This document shows positions 63,924 through 64,000 of a stretch of DNA of 64,000 bases, piece after piece; position 1 is the stretch's first letter, and every line of letters starts with the position of its first letter. Both the position numbers and the translations under genes were made by a program. This stretch comes from Alphaproteobacteria bacterium (GTDB taxonomy: Bacteria > Pseudomonadota > Alphaproteobacteria > Micavibrionales > Micavibrionaceae), in assembly GCA_021775965.1 (NCBI GenBank), contig JAJFGV010000008.1, forward strand, positions 4,662 to 68,661. The letters are read 5' to 3'. Below the pieces are notes generated by a model that did no database searches, was not told the origin of the DNA, and worked only from the letters and a program-made list of their open reading frames with translations.

Positions 63924-64000
63924 CTTGACAATCCCTTAAGCAAAAAACAAAAAAATGAAACGCAGTGGGAAAAAACGCAGTAGAGTATCGTTAGGGATAT

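Noticed and set aside
1-64000. Search for CRISPR arrays, rRNA genes, IS transposases and prophage structural genes.
   Set aside because: I saw no regularly spaced short repeats, no rRNA-like sequence and no transposase, capsid, tail or conjugation motifs. The only recombinase is the island integrase.

Overview
This looks like a chromosomal segment from an alphaproteobacterium. It carries GcrA, a tandem cold-shock-domain protein and a single RelA/SpoT homologue. The housekeeping blocks are typical: fabD-fabG-acpP-fabF-mltG, rpsF-rpsR-rplI-dnaB...alr, mlaEF-mrcA, leuA, rpoZ-rsh, acpS-lepB-rnc-era-gcrA, an RND efflux pair, and rpmI-rplT...pheS. No rRNA genes or CRISPR arrays are visible, and there is one tRNA, tRNA-Gly(GCC).

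Four stretches are not ordinary.

(1) An ~11.3 kb AT-rich integrative island (23675-34997) sits in the 3' end of tRNA-Gly. It is bounded by an exact 21-bp direct repeat, and a second 25-bp tandem-motif repeat lies on both arms. It carries a tyrosine integrase, an AlpA/excisionase-like HTH and a minimal family-A/T7-like (TV-Pol-like) polymerase. It also carries a Z1-domain NTPase with a small partner ORF and a convergent SPPY DNA methyltransferase, a GIY-YIG protein, a lipoprotein/Sel1 operon, and a ~1 kb stretch with no ORF.

(2) Three tandem paralogous, very large, cysteine-rich prepilin-type proteins lie at 52916-57260. No pilus or secretion machinery is present in the window.

(3) A 1017-aa protein with a lytic-transglycosylase domain and no signal peptide, carrying an internal ~95-aa repeat, is wedged between dnaB and alr.

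(4) An inserted ORF plus a MITE-like palindromic element lies between rplT and pheS.

Smaller observations:
- a Leu-rich leader peptide upstream of leuA
- a perfect DnaA box upstream of gcrA
- a VanX-like dipeptidase with ExxD in place of ExxH, overlapping the alr 3' end
- long low-complexity tails on ribosomal proteins
- an alpha/beta hydrolase lacking its nucleophile serine
- a BacNav-type channel with a TLEGW filter

All functional calls come from reading motifs by eye. No database searches were run.
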